Assembly (NCBI GenBank): GCA_038326775.1 | Contig: JBBQKJ010000007.1 | Span: forward strand, 16,826-80,825 | Source: Candidatus Geothermincolia bacterium | GTDB lineage: Bacteria; Actinomycetota; Geothermincolia; Fen-727; Anoxymicrobiaceae | Direction: 5' to 3' | DNA length: 64,000 bases | Part shown: piece after piece, positions 18,791 through 29,247 of the stretch | How positions within the stretch are numbered: the first letter of the stretch is position 1 | Layout of the letters: every line of letters begins with the position of its first letter | Program-made: the position numbers and the translations under genes | Notes under the pieces: generated by a model | Seen by the model: only the letters and a program-made list of their open reading frames with translations | What the model was told of the DNA's origin: nothing | Databases searched by the model: none

Positions 18791-19869
18791 GCTCCCTCAC
18801 CCTCTCCGCTTGCATCTATCAATTTTCTTGCCTCCATGACCAGTTCTCCAAACGCGCTACCGGGGTCCACACGCCTGACCATCTCTCCCTTCACGAAGAG
18901 CAGGGCCCCTCCGCGCCCGCCCGCTACGCCCACGTCCGCTTCGCGCGCCTCTCCAGGGCCGTTGACCGCGCATCCCATGACCGCGACAGTGATGGGTGCG
19001 CGGCACCCATCGAGCTCGCGTTCGACTCGCAGCGCCAGGTCTATGACGTCAAACTCGGTCCTGGCGCAGGTCGGGCAAGATATCACGTCAGGGCCCGCGT
19101 TTGCCAGGCCGAGGGACGCCAGTATCTTCTTTCCAACCCTTACCTCCTCGACCGGCGAGGCGCTGAGGGAGACGCGTATCGTGTCGCCTATGCCCTCGGC
19201 GAGCAGGGCGCCGATGCCAACCGCGCTCTTGATGGTCCCCGACCAGAGCGTGCCCGCCTCGGTAACCCCGACATGAAGGGGCCAGTCGCACTGCTCGGCC
19301 ACCATGCGGTACGCCTCGATGGTCCGGGGCACGTCCGAGGCCTTGACCGATATCTTCAGGTTCTCCACACCCTGCGCCGCCATGAGCTCGGCGCCGTCCA
19401 GCGCGCTCTCGGCGAGCGCGGAGGCCTCGGCCCTGCCTCCGGGGCCTGCCAGGCGCCTCTCCAGCGAGCCTGAGTTGACCCCGACCCGGACCGCCATGCC
19501 CCGCTCGGCGGCATGCCGCGCTATCTCCTCGACCCTGGCCTTCCCGGCAAGAGTGCCCGGGTTGATCCGGATGCCGGCCACCTCGTGCTCCATTACCAGG
19601 AACACGAGGCGCCAGTCGAACTGAAGGTCCGCCACGACCGGCAGGCGAGTCCCCGCTTTGATGCGCGGCAGCGCGTCCGCCGCGTCGCTGTCGGGGACCG
19701 CGACACGGACTATCTGGCACCCGGCATGCTCGAGCTCGCTTATCTGGGCAAGCGTGGCCTCGACATCTCGGGTGTCGGTGTTCGTCATTGACTGAACGCT
19801 AACCGGCGCCCCTCCGCCAACAGGTACACTGCCAACCGTTATTCCTCTGGTGTTTGTTCTATCCAGCAT
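18787..19869 (-). CDS. ispG: 4-hydroxy-3-methylbut-2-enyl diphosphate synthase IspG (GcpE)
   Basis: ITVGSVPVGGGAPVSVQSMTNTDT... plus C-terminal Fe-S cysteines (CPTCAR...C). Short (360 aa) form. Confidence 0.95.
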   Translation of the reverse strand: MLDRTNTRGITVGSVPVGGGAPVSVQSMTNTDTRDVEATLAQISELEHAGCQIVRVAVPDSDAADALPRIKAGTRLPVVADLQFDWRLVFLVMEHEVAGIRINPGTLAGKARVEEIARHAAERGMAVRVGVNSGSLERRLAGPGGRAEASALAESALDGAELMAAQGVENLKISVKASDVPRTIEAYRMVAEQCDWPLHVGVTEAGTLWSGTIKSAVGIGALLAEGIGDTIRVSLSASPVEEVRVGKKILASLGLANAGPDVISCPTCARTEFDVIDLALRVERELDGCRAPITVAVMGCAVNGPGEAREADVGVAGGRGGALLFVKGEMVRRVDPGSAFGELVMEARKLIDASGEGEGA

Positions 19870-19985
19870 CTTTTGTCACGCCCGGTCGCGGGCCTCGTCC
19901 GCCTGGCACCGACAATCTCAAGTCTAATTATAGTTTAATCTGTTGGAAGGTCCCGCGCGTTGAAGATCAACCCACCGCCAGGTCT

Positions 19986-20645
19986 CTACCTGGTACCGAT
20001 GACTATCTCCACCGGCAGGCCCCACATGGACATCATTCTGCCGCCGGCTGCGGTAAACCCGGCGCTCTCGACCGCCTGCCGGGCAGATATCGGCCTGCAG
20101 TCGACGAAGTCCGGGAACTTCCTGTGAGACCAGGCGTAAAGCTTCACCATCATCCCCCGCCTGCCTTCCTTTGACATGCAGGCGACACACAGGCGGCCTC
20201 CGCTCTTCAGGACCCTCACGCATTCCTCGAGCACAACCGGTATCTCCTCGTCAGTAAACAGCTCCAGGGTGAAGCTCATGAAGATGGCGTCGAAGAACCC
20301 GTCCTCATAAGGCATCCTCGCCGCATCACCCCGGGTCAGCACGGCCCTGCTGGACAACCCCGCTTTTTCGAGCCTTCTTTTCGTCGCCTCCAGCATGCCG
20401 TCCGAGACATCGATGCCGTAGACCCTGCCGGTGTCCCCGACCTTCTCGGCGAGGGCAAGCAGCACCTGGCCCGCTCCGAAACCCGGCTCCAGGACGACCT
20501 CGCCTTCCCCGGGCGCTAGCAACTGCTCTATTGCAACCTCCACGAACCTCCTCTCGCTGCCGTTCGAGAGAAAACCGTAGACCCTGCTCATCCTGTCATA
20601 GCTGGCCCTTACCGCTTCCTTGTCCTGCATGTCTGGGTTGTTCAC
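19986..20645 (-). CDS. Class I SAM-dependent methyltransferase (UbiE/MenG-like)
   Basis: VLEPGFGAGQ (motif I) and a SAM-MTase fold. Substrate unknown. Confidence 0.72.
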   Translation of the reverse strand: MNNPDMQDKEAVRASYDRMSRVYGFLSNGSERRFVEVAIEQLLAPGEGEVVLEPGFGAGQVLLALAEKVGDTGRVYGIDVSDGMLEATKRRLEKAGLSSRAVLTRGDAARMPYEDGFFDAIFMSFTLELFTDEEIPVVLEECVRVLKSGGRLCVACMSKEGRRGMMVKLYAWSHRKFPDFVDCRPISARQAVESAGFTAAGGRMMSMWGLPVEIVIGTR

Positions 20646-20670
20646 GTTCCGCTCCGGGTCAATCTGTGCG

Positions 20671-21789
20671 CTAGGGGGTGAACGGGTTGCGGAGCGGGTT
20701 GAATATGTCGAGCATTGCCAGGCGCATCGCGACCAGTGAAAGCACGATTATGACCACCCAGGCGATGGGCATGAGCTTTCGTACGTCTATCTTCTTGTGA
20801 AAGACCTTTTCGATGACGATGATCAGCAGGTGCCCGCCGTCGAACGGGGGCAGGGGCAGCAGGTTGAATATAGCCAGGAAGAAGAACAGGTAGGCGACCA
20901 CATACAGGAAGACCGATATCCCCTGCCCCGCGGCCTGGAAAGTCATGCGCGTGGCGCCAACGATGCTCTGGGGGCTCTCCTGTGTGCGCGGTGTCACCCC
21001 CACGAGCTCCTTTAGAGTCTTGACGGAGAAAAGCGACCCCAGGCCCTTGAACAGGGCCACCGACACCCTGGCCATCTCCTTGAACGCCTGTCCCACGGCG
21101 ATTACGGGGTTCGACTTCTTGCTGAATGTGGCGTTCTGATCGACCTTGACCCCGAGTATGCCCCGCCCGTCGATGTCCAGAAGCTTCGCGTTCGCGGTGA
21201 AAACCTCACCGCCTCGCTTGACCTTGAGCGTGACCTCCTCGCCGGGCCTGCTCTGCAGGGCGCCGCTGAGCTCGCTCCAGTCGTCCACGGCTTTTCCGTC
21301 GACCGACTGGATCAGGTCGCCCCGCTTCATGCCCGCCTCGTACGCGGGCCCATCGAGCACTTCGCCGGATGAAAGCTTGACCGTCTTCTGCACCTCGCCT
21401 ATCTGGCCCGTGAGCACCTTGTATCCCACCGGCCAGAAGATGAGGTAGAAGATGAACAGGGCTACGCAGATGTGCACGAACGAGCCCGCGACCACCACGA
21501 CCGCCCGCTTCCAGCAGGGCGCCTCGTAGTAGCCGAACTGCTTCAGCTCCTCGGGAACCTCCTCGTCCGGGTTCATTCCAAGGATCTTGACCGACCCGCC
21601 CGCCGGGATCCACTTTATGGAGTAGCGGGTGCCGCCCCGGTCCCATCCCACTATCTCGGGGCCGAAGCCGAGGGAGAAGGTCTCGGGCTTGATGCCGACC
21701 GCTTTGGCGGCCAGGAAATGCCCCGCCTCGTGGGTCATTATCATAAACGCTATGAAAAGCACTACCAGTATCGCCCAGACGACTACCAA
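20671..21789 (-). CDS. rseP: Site-2 protease RseP (M50 zinc metalloprotease with PDZ domain)
   Basis: HEAGHFLAAK is the HExxH in TM1. PDZ region. C-terminal LDGG motif. The dxr-rseP-ispG context is conserved. Confidence 0.85.
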   Translation of the reverse strand: MVVVWAILVVLFIAFMIMTHEAGHFLAAKAVGIKPETFSLGFGPEIVGWDRGGTRYSIKWIPAGGSVKILGMNPDEEVPEELKQFGYYEAPCWKRAVVVVAGSFVHICVALFIFYLIFWPVGYKVLTGQIGEVQKTVKLSSGEVLDGPAYEAGMKRGDLIQSVDGKAVDDWSELSGALQSRPGEEVTLKVKRGGEVFTANAKLLDIDGRGILGVKVDQNATFSKKSNPVIAVGQAFKEMARVSVALFKGLGSLFSVKTLKELVGVTPRTQESPQSIVGATRMTFQAAGQGISVFLYVVAYLFFFLAIFNLLPLPPFDGGHLLIIVIEKVFHKKIDVRKLMPIAWVVIIVLSLVAMRLAMLDIFNPLRNPFTP

Positions 21790-22977
21790 TCAATCCTCCG
21801 TTTCATCTATCATCTCGCGGGCGGCCGCGCGGGCGGCGCCCTCTGCTTCCACTATTTCCTCGAGGCTCACCCCCGGCAGGGGCTCATGCCCGTCCATCAC
21901 CTTCTCGACCACCGCGGCTATCCCCGTGAACTTCAGGCGCCCGGCCAGGAACGCCGCGACCGCCTCCTCGTTGGCCGCGTTCATCGCCGCCGGATAGGTC
22001 CGGGCGCCCCGACCCGCCTCGTAAGCGAGCCGCAGGCAGGGGAACCTGCCGGTGTCGACCTCCGCGAAGCTCAGGCTGGCGACCTGGGCAAGCGACAGGC
22101 GCCCCGCGGGACAATCAGCCCTCTCCGGGTAAGTCAGCGAGTACTGGATAGGTATGCGCATATCCGGCACCCCGAGATGCGCGAGCACCGAGCCGTCCAC
22201 CATCTCGACCATCGAGTGGACGATGCTCTGCGGGTGGACCATCACGTCGACCTCCCCCAGGCCCACCGAGAAGAGGTGGTGCGCCTCGAGGACCTCGAGC
22301 CCCTTGTTCATAAGCGTCGCGGAATCTATCGTGACCTTCCTGCCCATCGACCAGGTGGGATGCGCCAGCGCGTCGGCGACAGCCACCCCCGAGAGGTCGG
22401 CGGGAGCCTCGCGGAAAGGGCCGCCCGACGCGGTGAGGATTATCCTCCTCAGCCCCGCGCCATCCTCGCCTTCGAGGCACTGGAAGACAGCCGAGTGCTC
22501 GCTGTCCACCGGTATTATTCTCACACCGTTTTGACGCGCGGCCCGCATGACAAGGTTCCCGCCCGCCACCAGGCTTTCCTTGTTGGCCAGTGCCAGCGGC
22601 ATGCCCCGCTGGAGGGTCGCCAGCGTCGGGGCCAGCCCCGCAAAGCCAACTATGGAGTTCAGCACCATGTCGTATTGCCCGGCCTCGATAAGCTCCAGCA
22701 CGCCCCCGGGCCCTGCCAGGAGCTCCACTCCCATCTCGTCGAAAAGGCCCGCGAACCTTCGCGCCGCCCGCGTGTCGCTCAACGCCACCCTGCATGCGCC
22801 TGTCGCGAGGGCCTGTCCCGCCAGCAGCTCGCCGTTGGAGTGCGCGCTCAGCGCGGTGATCGAAACCTGCTCGAGCCCGGATACGACCTCGATGGCCTGC
22901 GCGCCTATCGAGCCCGTTGAGCCGAGGATGGCGATTTCCTTCAACGCCTCTCCTGATCTGAGGGAAGGTGGGTTCAT
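21790..22977 (-). CDS. dxr: 1-deoxy-D-xylulose 5-phosphate reductoisomerase Dxr
   Basis: ILGSTGSIGAQAIEVV is the NADPH-binding motif, plus Dxr catalytic blocks. Lies between cdsA and rseP. Confidence 0.95.
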   Translation of the reverse strand: MNPPSLRSGEALKEIAILGSTGSIGAQAIEVVSGLEQVSITALSAHSNGELLAGQALATGACRVALSDTRAARRFAGLFDEMGVELLAGPGGVLELIEAGQYDMVLNSIVGFAGLAPTLATLQRGMPLALANKESLVAGGNLVMRAARQNGVRIIPVDSEHSAVFQCLEGEDGAGLRRIILTASGGPFREAPADLSGVAVADALAHPTWSMGRKVTIDSATLMNKGLEVLEAHHLFSVGLGEVDVMVHPQSIVHSMVEMVDGSVLAHLGVPDMRIPIQYSLTYPERADCPAGRLSLAQVASLSFAEVDTGRFPCLRLAYEAGRGARTYPAAMNAANEEAVAAFLAGRLKFTGIAAVVEKVMDGHEPLPGVSLEEIVEAEGAARAAAREMIDETED

Positions 22978-22985
22978 CTGGCTTT

Positions 22986-23873
22986 TCAGAAAACGAAGTA
23001 GAAGAGGAAAAAGAAAACGGCCGGCACGGTGAAGAAGCTGGAGTCAAACCTGTCCATCACGCCGCCGTGACCGGGGATGAGCCTGCCCATGTCCTTGACG
23101 CCGTAGTCCCTCTTGACAAGCGATTCGGCGAGGTCCCCCAGCGGGCCCAGAATGGCCACTATTACGCCGATAACCAGCGCGACCCATATCGAGAACCAGC
23201 CGAACTTGCTGTCGCCCAGTATCCACTGTATCAACTGCCGGAACAGGACCGCGGCAAGCAGCGCGCCCACGGTGCCCGCCACCGTGCCCTCCCAGCTCTT
23301 GTTGGGGCTGATGGTCGGAGCCAGCTTGTGCCTGCCTATCTTGCGCCCCACCATCCAGGCGAAGATGTCGTAGACCCATATAAGCGCGATGAGAAAGAGG
23401 ACTATCCACCAGCCGTTGTTGTGGTTGGTGTTCGTCTTGCCGGCGAAGTCGCGCAGGAGCACGAAGTATGAAAGGCAGAAGCCTGTCAGCAGCGGGGCGA
23501 AGACCGTAAGCGCCACGGCCTTGGTGGGCTTCACATGCCGCAGGACCACCATGTACCACATGAAGCTCACGAATATCAGGGCCACCGTCACGTATCCGAA
23601 GCTCTCGACAGGCCGGAAATGCGCAAGGAACACGTAGGCGATCGAACCGGCAATGCCGATTATCGCGGCGGTGGGGGTCGCCTGGCCCTTGGTCTCGAAG
23701 AGGCTGAAAAGCTCCACCGAGCCTATGACGGCGGCCAGCGCAACGCCGAAAGTGAACGGGAGCGCTCCCCAAATAAGGGTCCCCAGGAATATGATCCCGA
23801 AGAGGACCGCCCCTATCACCTTCTCGATCACCGCACCCTTCTCGGGCTGCTGTCGCGCGCTTCTTTCCTCCAC
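22986..23873 (-). CDS. cdsA: Phosphatidate cytidylyltransferase CdsA
   Basis: Polytopic membrane protein with the C-terminal CdsA signature SLVKRDYGVKDMGRLIPGHGGVMDRFDS. Confidence 0.85.
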   Translation of the reverse strand: MEERSARQQPEKGAVIEKVIGAVLFGIIFLGTLIWGALPFTFGVALAAVIGSVELFSLFETKGQATPTAAIIGIAGSIAYVFLAHFRPVESFGYVTVALIFVSFMWYMVVLRHVKPTKAVALTVFAPLLTGFCLSYFVLLRDFAGKTNTNHNNGWWIVLFLIALIWVYDIFAWMVGRKIGRHKLAPTISPNKSWEGTVAGTVGALLAAVLFRQLIQWILGDSKFGWFSIWVALVIGVIVAILGPLGDLAESLVKRDYGVKDMGRLIPGHGGVMDRFDSSFFTVPAVFFFLFYFVF

Positions 23874-23889
23874 CTCGGCCTCCCCGCCG

Positions 23890-24444
23890 CTATATCTCCA
23901 TGAGCTCCTTGATCTTCTTGTCCATGAGCTCGTCCATCTCCTTGATGTACCTGTCCGTCAGCTTCTGGATCTCGTCGACGCCGCGGTGGAGGTCATCCTT
24001 GGTCGAATCTCCTTTTTTCTCTTCCTCGCGCAGGTTCTCCACGGCGTCGCGCCTTACGTTGCGCACCGCCACCCTGCCCTCCTCCGCGCGTATCTTGACG
24101 AGCTTCGCCAGCTCGTGGCGTCTCTCCTCGGTCAGCTGCGGGACCGGGAGCCGGACCACCTCGCCGTCGTCGGAGGGCATCAGCCCCAGGTCGGACTGGG
24201 TGATGGCTTTCTCGATATCGGAGATGCAGTTGCGGTCGTACGGCTGTATCACAAGCAACCTCGGCTCAGGAGCGCTGATGGTCGCCAGCTGGTTCAGCGG
24301 TGTGGGCGCACCGTAGTAGCTGACCTGCATCCTCTCGATCAGAGAGGGGGAGGCGCGACCGGTCCGGATTGTGCCGAACTCCTGGGCGGTTACGTCCACC
24401 GCCTTCTTGAACTTCCGCTCGGCTTCAGCCATTATCTCATCCAT
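23890..24444 (-). CDS. frr: Ribosome recycling factor Frr
   Basis: Start placed at MDEIMAEAERKF, giving 184 aa. Typical Frr blocks; lies between pyrH and cdsA. Confidence 0.9.
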   Translation of the reverse strand: MDEIMAEAERKFKKAVDVTAQEFGTIRTGRASPSLIERMQVSYYGAPTPLNQLATISAPEPRLLVIQPYDRNCISDIEKAITQSDLGLMPSDDGEVVRLPVPQLTEERRHELAKLVKIRAEEGRVAVRNVRRDAVENLREEEKKGDSTKDDLHRGVDEIQKLTDRYIKEMDELMDKKIKELMEI

Positions 24445-24482
24445 GTTGAAACCCCTCGGATCGCAGGCAGCCTCGGCCGCCT

Positions 24483-25262
<780 letters not shown>

Positions 25263-25871
25263 CTACTTTTCCTCACCCACCTGGTAGCGAACGAACCTGC
25301 GTATCTCCACCTTCTCTCCCATCTTCACCGATGCCTGCGTAACGAGCTCGGCCACAGTCATGGATGGGTCCTTGACGAACGGCTGCTCCAGCAGGCAGAT
25401 GTCCTGAAAGTACTTGTCGAGCATGCCGCCGATGATACGGTCCCACACCTTCTCCGGCCTGGCTTCCGCCTGGCACCTCGCCCTGAATATCTCTTTTTCG
25501 CCACTCACGAGTTCCTCGGGCACGGACTCCCGGTCGAGGTACTGCGGCTTATGGGCAACGACGTGGAGCGCCACCTGGTGGGCGAGTTCGAGGAACTCGC
25601 TGTTGCGTGCCACGAAGTCTGTCTCGCAGTTTATCTCCACCATGGACCCTATCTGCTGCCCTATGTGGAGGTATGTCTCTATTACGCCCTGCTCGGCGGT
25701 CTTCTCCTGTCGCTTCTTTGCGCTGGCAAGCCCCTTCTCCCTCAGCAGCCGGGTCGCCTTTTCCATATCGCCGCCGCATTCGATCAGGGCCTTCTTGCAG
25801 TCCATCATGCCGACGCCTGTCTTTGTCCTCAACTCTTTGACCTGTTGTGCCGATATCCCGGTTTCTGCCAT
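25263..25871 (-). CDS. tsf: Elongation factor Ts (short 202-aa form)
   Basis: MAETGISAQQVKELRTKTGVGMMDCKKALIECGGDMEKATRLLREKGLA is the canonical EF-Ts N-terminus. The protein has the single-core short architecture. Confidence 0.9.
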   Translation of the reverse strand: MAETGISAQQVKELRTKTGVGMMDCKKALIECGGDMEKATRLLREKGLASAKKRQEKTAEQGVIETYLHIGQQIGSMVEINCETDFVARNSEFLELAHQVALHVVAHKPQYLDRESVPEELVSGEKEIFRARCQAEARPEKVWDRIIGGMLDKYFQDICLLEQPFVKDPSMTVAELVTQASVKMGEKVEIRRFVRYQVGEEK

Positions 25872-25917
25872 GTATTCTCTCCTGGTTGGTATCCGGCTTG
25901 CTCTACCGGTCGCTGTA

Positions 25918-26883
25918 CTATTTGACCTCCGGCACGCCGGCCGCGGGGGCCTCGGGCTCGGGCACCGACTCGACGGGCACGGTCACGCCCACGGTCTCCT
26001 CCACCGCCTCCTTGACGTCCCCGGCCGCACCCTCGACCGTGGGATCCCCGGAGTATACGGGCATCATGTCCGGCCCCGCTATGTCGTCAGGCGAGGCGCT
26101 GAACGCCGGGACCGCCGCCCCCAGCCTGGTGGGGGACTTGTCCAGCTTGACGCGTGCCGCCTCTTCTTTCTCGGCCACCTCATCGGCCAGCCTCGCGTCC
26201 ATCATCCCCTGGCCCTCGATGGCCGCGTCCGCTATGACCCTGCACAGGAGGTTCGCCGCCCTGATGGCGTCGTCGTTTCCGGGTATCACGTAATCCACCT
26301 CGTCCGGGTCGCAGTTGGTGTCAACCAGGCCCACGATAGGTATGTCCAGCCTGTGGCCCTCGGCGACCGCGATGTGCTCCTTCTTCGGGTCCATGACGAA
26401 GACCATCGAAGGAAGCCGGTGCATGGTCCTGATGCCTTCCAGGTTGCGCCTGAGCTTCTCGGCACGCCGGCGCAGTTGGAGCGCTTCCTTCTTGGGAAGC
26501 TGCTCCAGCTCGCCCTCACGATCGCGCCGCTCGAGGTCCTCGAGGTGCATCACCCTTGAATGGATGGTGGTGAAGTTGGTGAGCGTGCCGCCCAGCCAGC
26601 GGCTGTTCACATAGGGCATTCCGCAGCGCTCGGCGTGCTCTTTCACCGCCTCCTGCGACTGCTTCTTGGTGCCCACGAAGAGAACGGTGCCCCCGCCGCC
26701 GACCGCGTTTCTAACCGCGTTATAAGCGGCACCGGTAAGCACGAGCGTCTTCTGCAGGTCGATGATGTAGATGTCGTTCCGCTCGGTGAAGATGTACGGT
26801 TTCATCTTGGGGTTCCACCGGCGGGTCTGGTGGCCGAAGTGAACCCCCGCCTCCAGGAGTTCCTTCATGGTGACTACAGCCAT
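25918..26883 (-). CDS. rpsB: 30S ribosomal protein S2 with acidic/Ala-Pro-rich C-terminal extension
   Basis: [27 protein letters not shown]... matches the S2 core. The C-terminal extension is about 60 aa. Confidence 0.95.
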   Translation of the reverse strand: MAVVTMKELLEAGVHFGHQTRRWNPKMKPYIFTERNDIYIIDLQKTLVLTGAAYNAVRNAVGGGGTVLFVGTKKQSQEAVKEHAERCGMPYVNSRWLGGTLTNFTTIHSRVMHLEDLERRDREGELEQLPKKEALQLRRRAEKLRRNLEGIRTMHRLPSMVFVMDPKKEHIAVAEGHRLDIPIVGLVDTNCDPDEVDYVIPGNDDAIRAANLLCRVIADAAIEGQGMMDARLADEVAEKEEAARVKLDKSPTRLGAAVPAFSASPDDIAGPDMMPVYSGDPTVEGAAGDVKEAVEETVGVTVPVESVPEPEAPAAGVPEVK

Positions 26884-27052
26884 TCGCTACCTCCAAATCT
26901 GGTTGTTCCTCCCCCGGTGTCACCCCTCGCTGCCACCCTTGGGCACCGGCAGCGAAGTCGCCGGGGTGTGTATTTTTGCCGCCACGGGCAGGCAAATCTT
27001 CACAAGTGTAATATAGGGGCTTTTAATCCGCAACAACTCGCCGTCCCGCTCC

Positions 27053-27928
27053 TCAGGAGTAATCGTAGCCGAGGGAGCTGCCGAGGCGGCCCCGCAGTCG
27101 AAGTATGGCCTTGGTGTGCATCTGGCAGATACGGGACTCGGTCACCGTAAGGACTTCGCCGATCTCTCGCATGGTCAAGCCTTCAAAGTAGTAGAGGGTC
27201 ACGACGATTCGCTCCCGCTCGGGCAAGCGGTTGATCGCATCGGCGATCATGTCTTTCATCTCCTCTATCTCGAAAGTCTTGGAAGGGTCCTTGACCTTAA
27301 CATCCTCTACGATGTCGGCAAGGCTTATCTTGTCCGGCCTGTCACCGGAGACCGTCCACAGCTCGTCGAGCGCGACCAGGGAGATGAGCGTCATCTTGCT
27401 CAACAGGTTGAGGTACTCCGCGACGCTGACGCCCATCTTCTCGGCCACTTCCTCATCGGTGGGCACCCGGTGAAGGTCTCCCTCCAGGGCCACGTAGGCC
27501 CGCTCTATCTCGCGGGCTCGGAAGCGCACCGAGCGCGGGACCCAGTCTTCCGCGCGCAGTTCGTCGATTATCGCGCCCTTTATGCGGGCGATGGCGTAGG
27601 TCTCGAACTTGATCCCACGAGCGGGGTCGAACTTCTCGATGGCGTCCAGCAGGCCGAAAACCCCGTAGCTCACCAGGTCGCCGAACTCGACCGACGGAGG
27701 CAGCCCGGTGGACACGCGGCCCGCTACGTACTTGACCAGGGGAGCGTAGTGGAGGATGACCTTCTCCCGCGTCTCCGGAGAGTGGGTCTTCTTGTAGTCG
27801 GCCCAGAGAGCGTCGGAGTCGACATCCGCTTCGAGCCTCCTGGAGGGGGACGGCTTCTTCCGGGCTGTCGCCGGCTTCTTGCCCTGCGCGCTGTTCAGCT
27901 CACCGGGGCCGGTGGTGGTTCGCGTCAT
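27053..27928 (-). CDS. RNA polymerase sigma factor, FliA/WhiG (sigma-28) family
   Basis: Regions 2 (YAPLVKYVAGR..., FETYAIARIKGAIIDELR), 3 and 4 (LTMREIGEVLTVTESRICQMH). The N-terminus resembles FliA/WhiG. The position next to rpsB/xerC matches whiG in Streptomyces. Confidence 0.78.
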   Translation of the reverse strand: MTRTTTGPGELNSAQGKKPATARKKPSPSRRLEADVDSDALWADYKKTHSPETREKVILHYAPLVKYVAGRVSTGLPPSVEFGDLVSYGVFGLLDAIEKFDPARGIKFETYAIARIKGAIIDELRAEDWVPRSVRFRAREIERAYVALEGDLHRVPTDEEVAEKMGVSVAEYLNLLSKMTLISLVALDELWTVSGDRPDKISLADIVEDVKVKDPSKTFEIEEMKDMIADAINRLPERERIVVTLYYFEGLTMREIGEVLTVTESRICQMHTKAILRLRGRLGSSLGYDYS

Positions 27929-27943
27929 CTCCAGGCGCGCCTT

Positions 27944-28873
27944 TCAAGCTCGCGGGTGGCTGTTGTCATATGCTTCCCTGACCTCGGCTCGGGTCAAATG
28001 CGTGTATATCTGTGTCGTGGCCACGTTCTTGTGCCCCAGGAGCTCCTGTACCGTCCTCAAATCGGCGCCGTTGGCGAGCATGTGTGTGGCGAAGCTATGC
28101 CTGAGCGCATGAGGGCTCAGGCCTTCACCTCCCACGTTCGCTTTCGCTTCGCGGTCGACTATCCTGCGTACCTGCCGCGGGTCGATCGGTGAGCCTCGCT
28201 TCCCCAGGAAGACGGCTTCCCCATTATATGGACTTTCCCGCACGAGTAGTGGCCTGGCGCTTCGCAGGTATTCCAGGAGTGCTTGAACGGCCGGCTCCCC
28301 CGCGAGCACCACCCGCTCGCGGTCGCCCTTCCCGACCACCCTGAAGACACCCGCGTCGAGGTCCACGTCGGCAAGACGCATGCCACACAGCTCACCGACG
28401 CGCATTCCCGTCGCGTAGAGCACCTCTATTATAGCGTGGTCCCGGATGCCCAGCTCGGAAGCCTCCACCGGAGCCTCCGTGAGCGCCTCGGCCTCACGCT
28501 CGGTTAGAAAGCGCGGCAGCCTTCTTCCCTTCACGGGGAAGGTCAGGGTCGTTGAGGGGTCGTTTGCAAGGATGCCGTTATCCGTCAGAAAGTGGAAGAA
28601 AGCCCGCAGGCACGCGCTTCTGCGTGCTACCGACGTCCGCGCGTAACCGCGTGTCTGCTGGTTGGCCAGGAAGCTTCGCATAGTCCTGTGGTCCACCATC
28701 GAGAGGTCGTCGATGCCCGCCCTCTGGAGGAAATCGGCGAAGTGGGCCAGGTCGCGGCGATAAGCCGCCACAGTGTTTGGTGACAGGTTCCTGACACCCG
28801 CCAGGTTGTCCAGGAACGCCTGCACCACCCGGTTAATAAAGAGATCTGCGTCGGTCACACCTGTACCTGCCAT
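27944..28873 (-). CDS. xerC: Tyrosine site-specific recombinase XerC/XerD family
   Basis: The C-terminal catalytic region HALRHSFATHMLANGADLRTVQELLGHKNVATTQIYTHL carries the R...HxxR...Y tetrad. A core-binding domain sits at the N-terminus. Confidence 0.85.
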   Translation of the reverse strand: MAGTGVTDADLFINRVVQAFLDNLAGVRNLSPNTVAAYRRDLAHFADFLQRAGIDDLSMVDHRTMRSFLANQQTRGYARTSVARRSACLRAFFHFLTDNGILANDPSTTLTFPVKGRRLPRFLTEREAEALTEAPVEASELGIRDHAIIEVLYATGMRVGELCGMRLADVDLDAGVFRVVGKGDRERVVLAGEPAVQALLEYLRSARPLLVRESPYNGEAVFLGKRGSPIDPRQVRRIVDREAKANVGGEGLSPHALRHSFATHMLANGADLRTVQELLGHKNVATTQIYTHLTRAEVREAYDNSHPRA

Positions 28874-28999
28874 CCGCCACCCGCGCTGTCATACCTGGAA
28901 TAATACTGTGCCGGCTGCCCACTTCCTTGAAAACGACACGCTTTCCGTCATATCTGTGTCACCGGCTCGAACGCATAAGGCGGCTCGAGCACCCACACC

Positions 29000-29062
29000 G
29001 TGTGTTACATTATAGCACTATATAGTAATATATTATAATATTGTCAACTAATGTGACTTTTG
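29000..29062. promoter_or_regulatory. Sharp AT-rich island (ttatagcactatatagtaatatattataatattgtcaactaatgtgac) in the xerC upstream region
   Basis: About 80% AT over 55 bp inside a 66% GC genome. It lies 130-190 bp upstream of the xerC start and contains TATAAT-like and TTGTCA-like hexamers on the minus strand. Its function was not established. Confidence 0.3.
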
Positions 29063-29247
29063 AATGGGCTGGCGGGTTTGCCGCCCACGCCCGGAGCGCC
29101 CTCGTCTCGATGGCGCCGGCCTGGAGTGCGTAAGGGTAGTGGTCCCCATGTATCGCTGTAGGAGGGTGCCGCTGTTGTTCGAGGGCCGGCGGGTCAACCT
29201 GTTGCGCCTGTGCCAGGAGGTCCCGTGCTTCGCGGTGCGGTTTTAGC

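Noticed and set aside
29000-29062. AT-rich site upstream of xerC considered as a dif recombination site
   Set aside because: It lacks the conserved XerD-binding arm (TTATGTTAAAT) and the GC-rich outer XerC arm. dif is normally near the replication terminus, not next to xerC. It is kept only as a putative promoter element.
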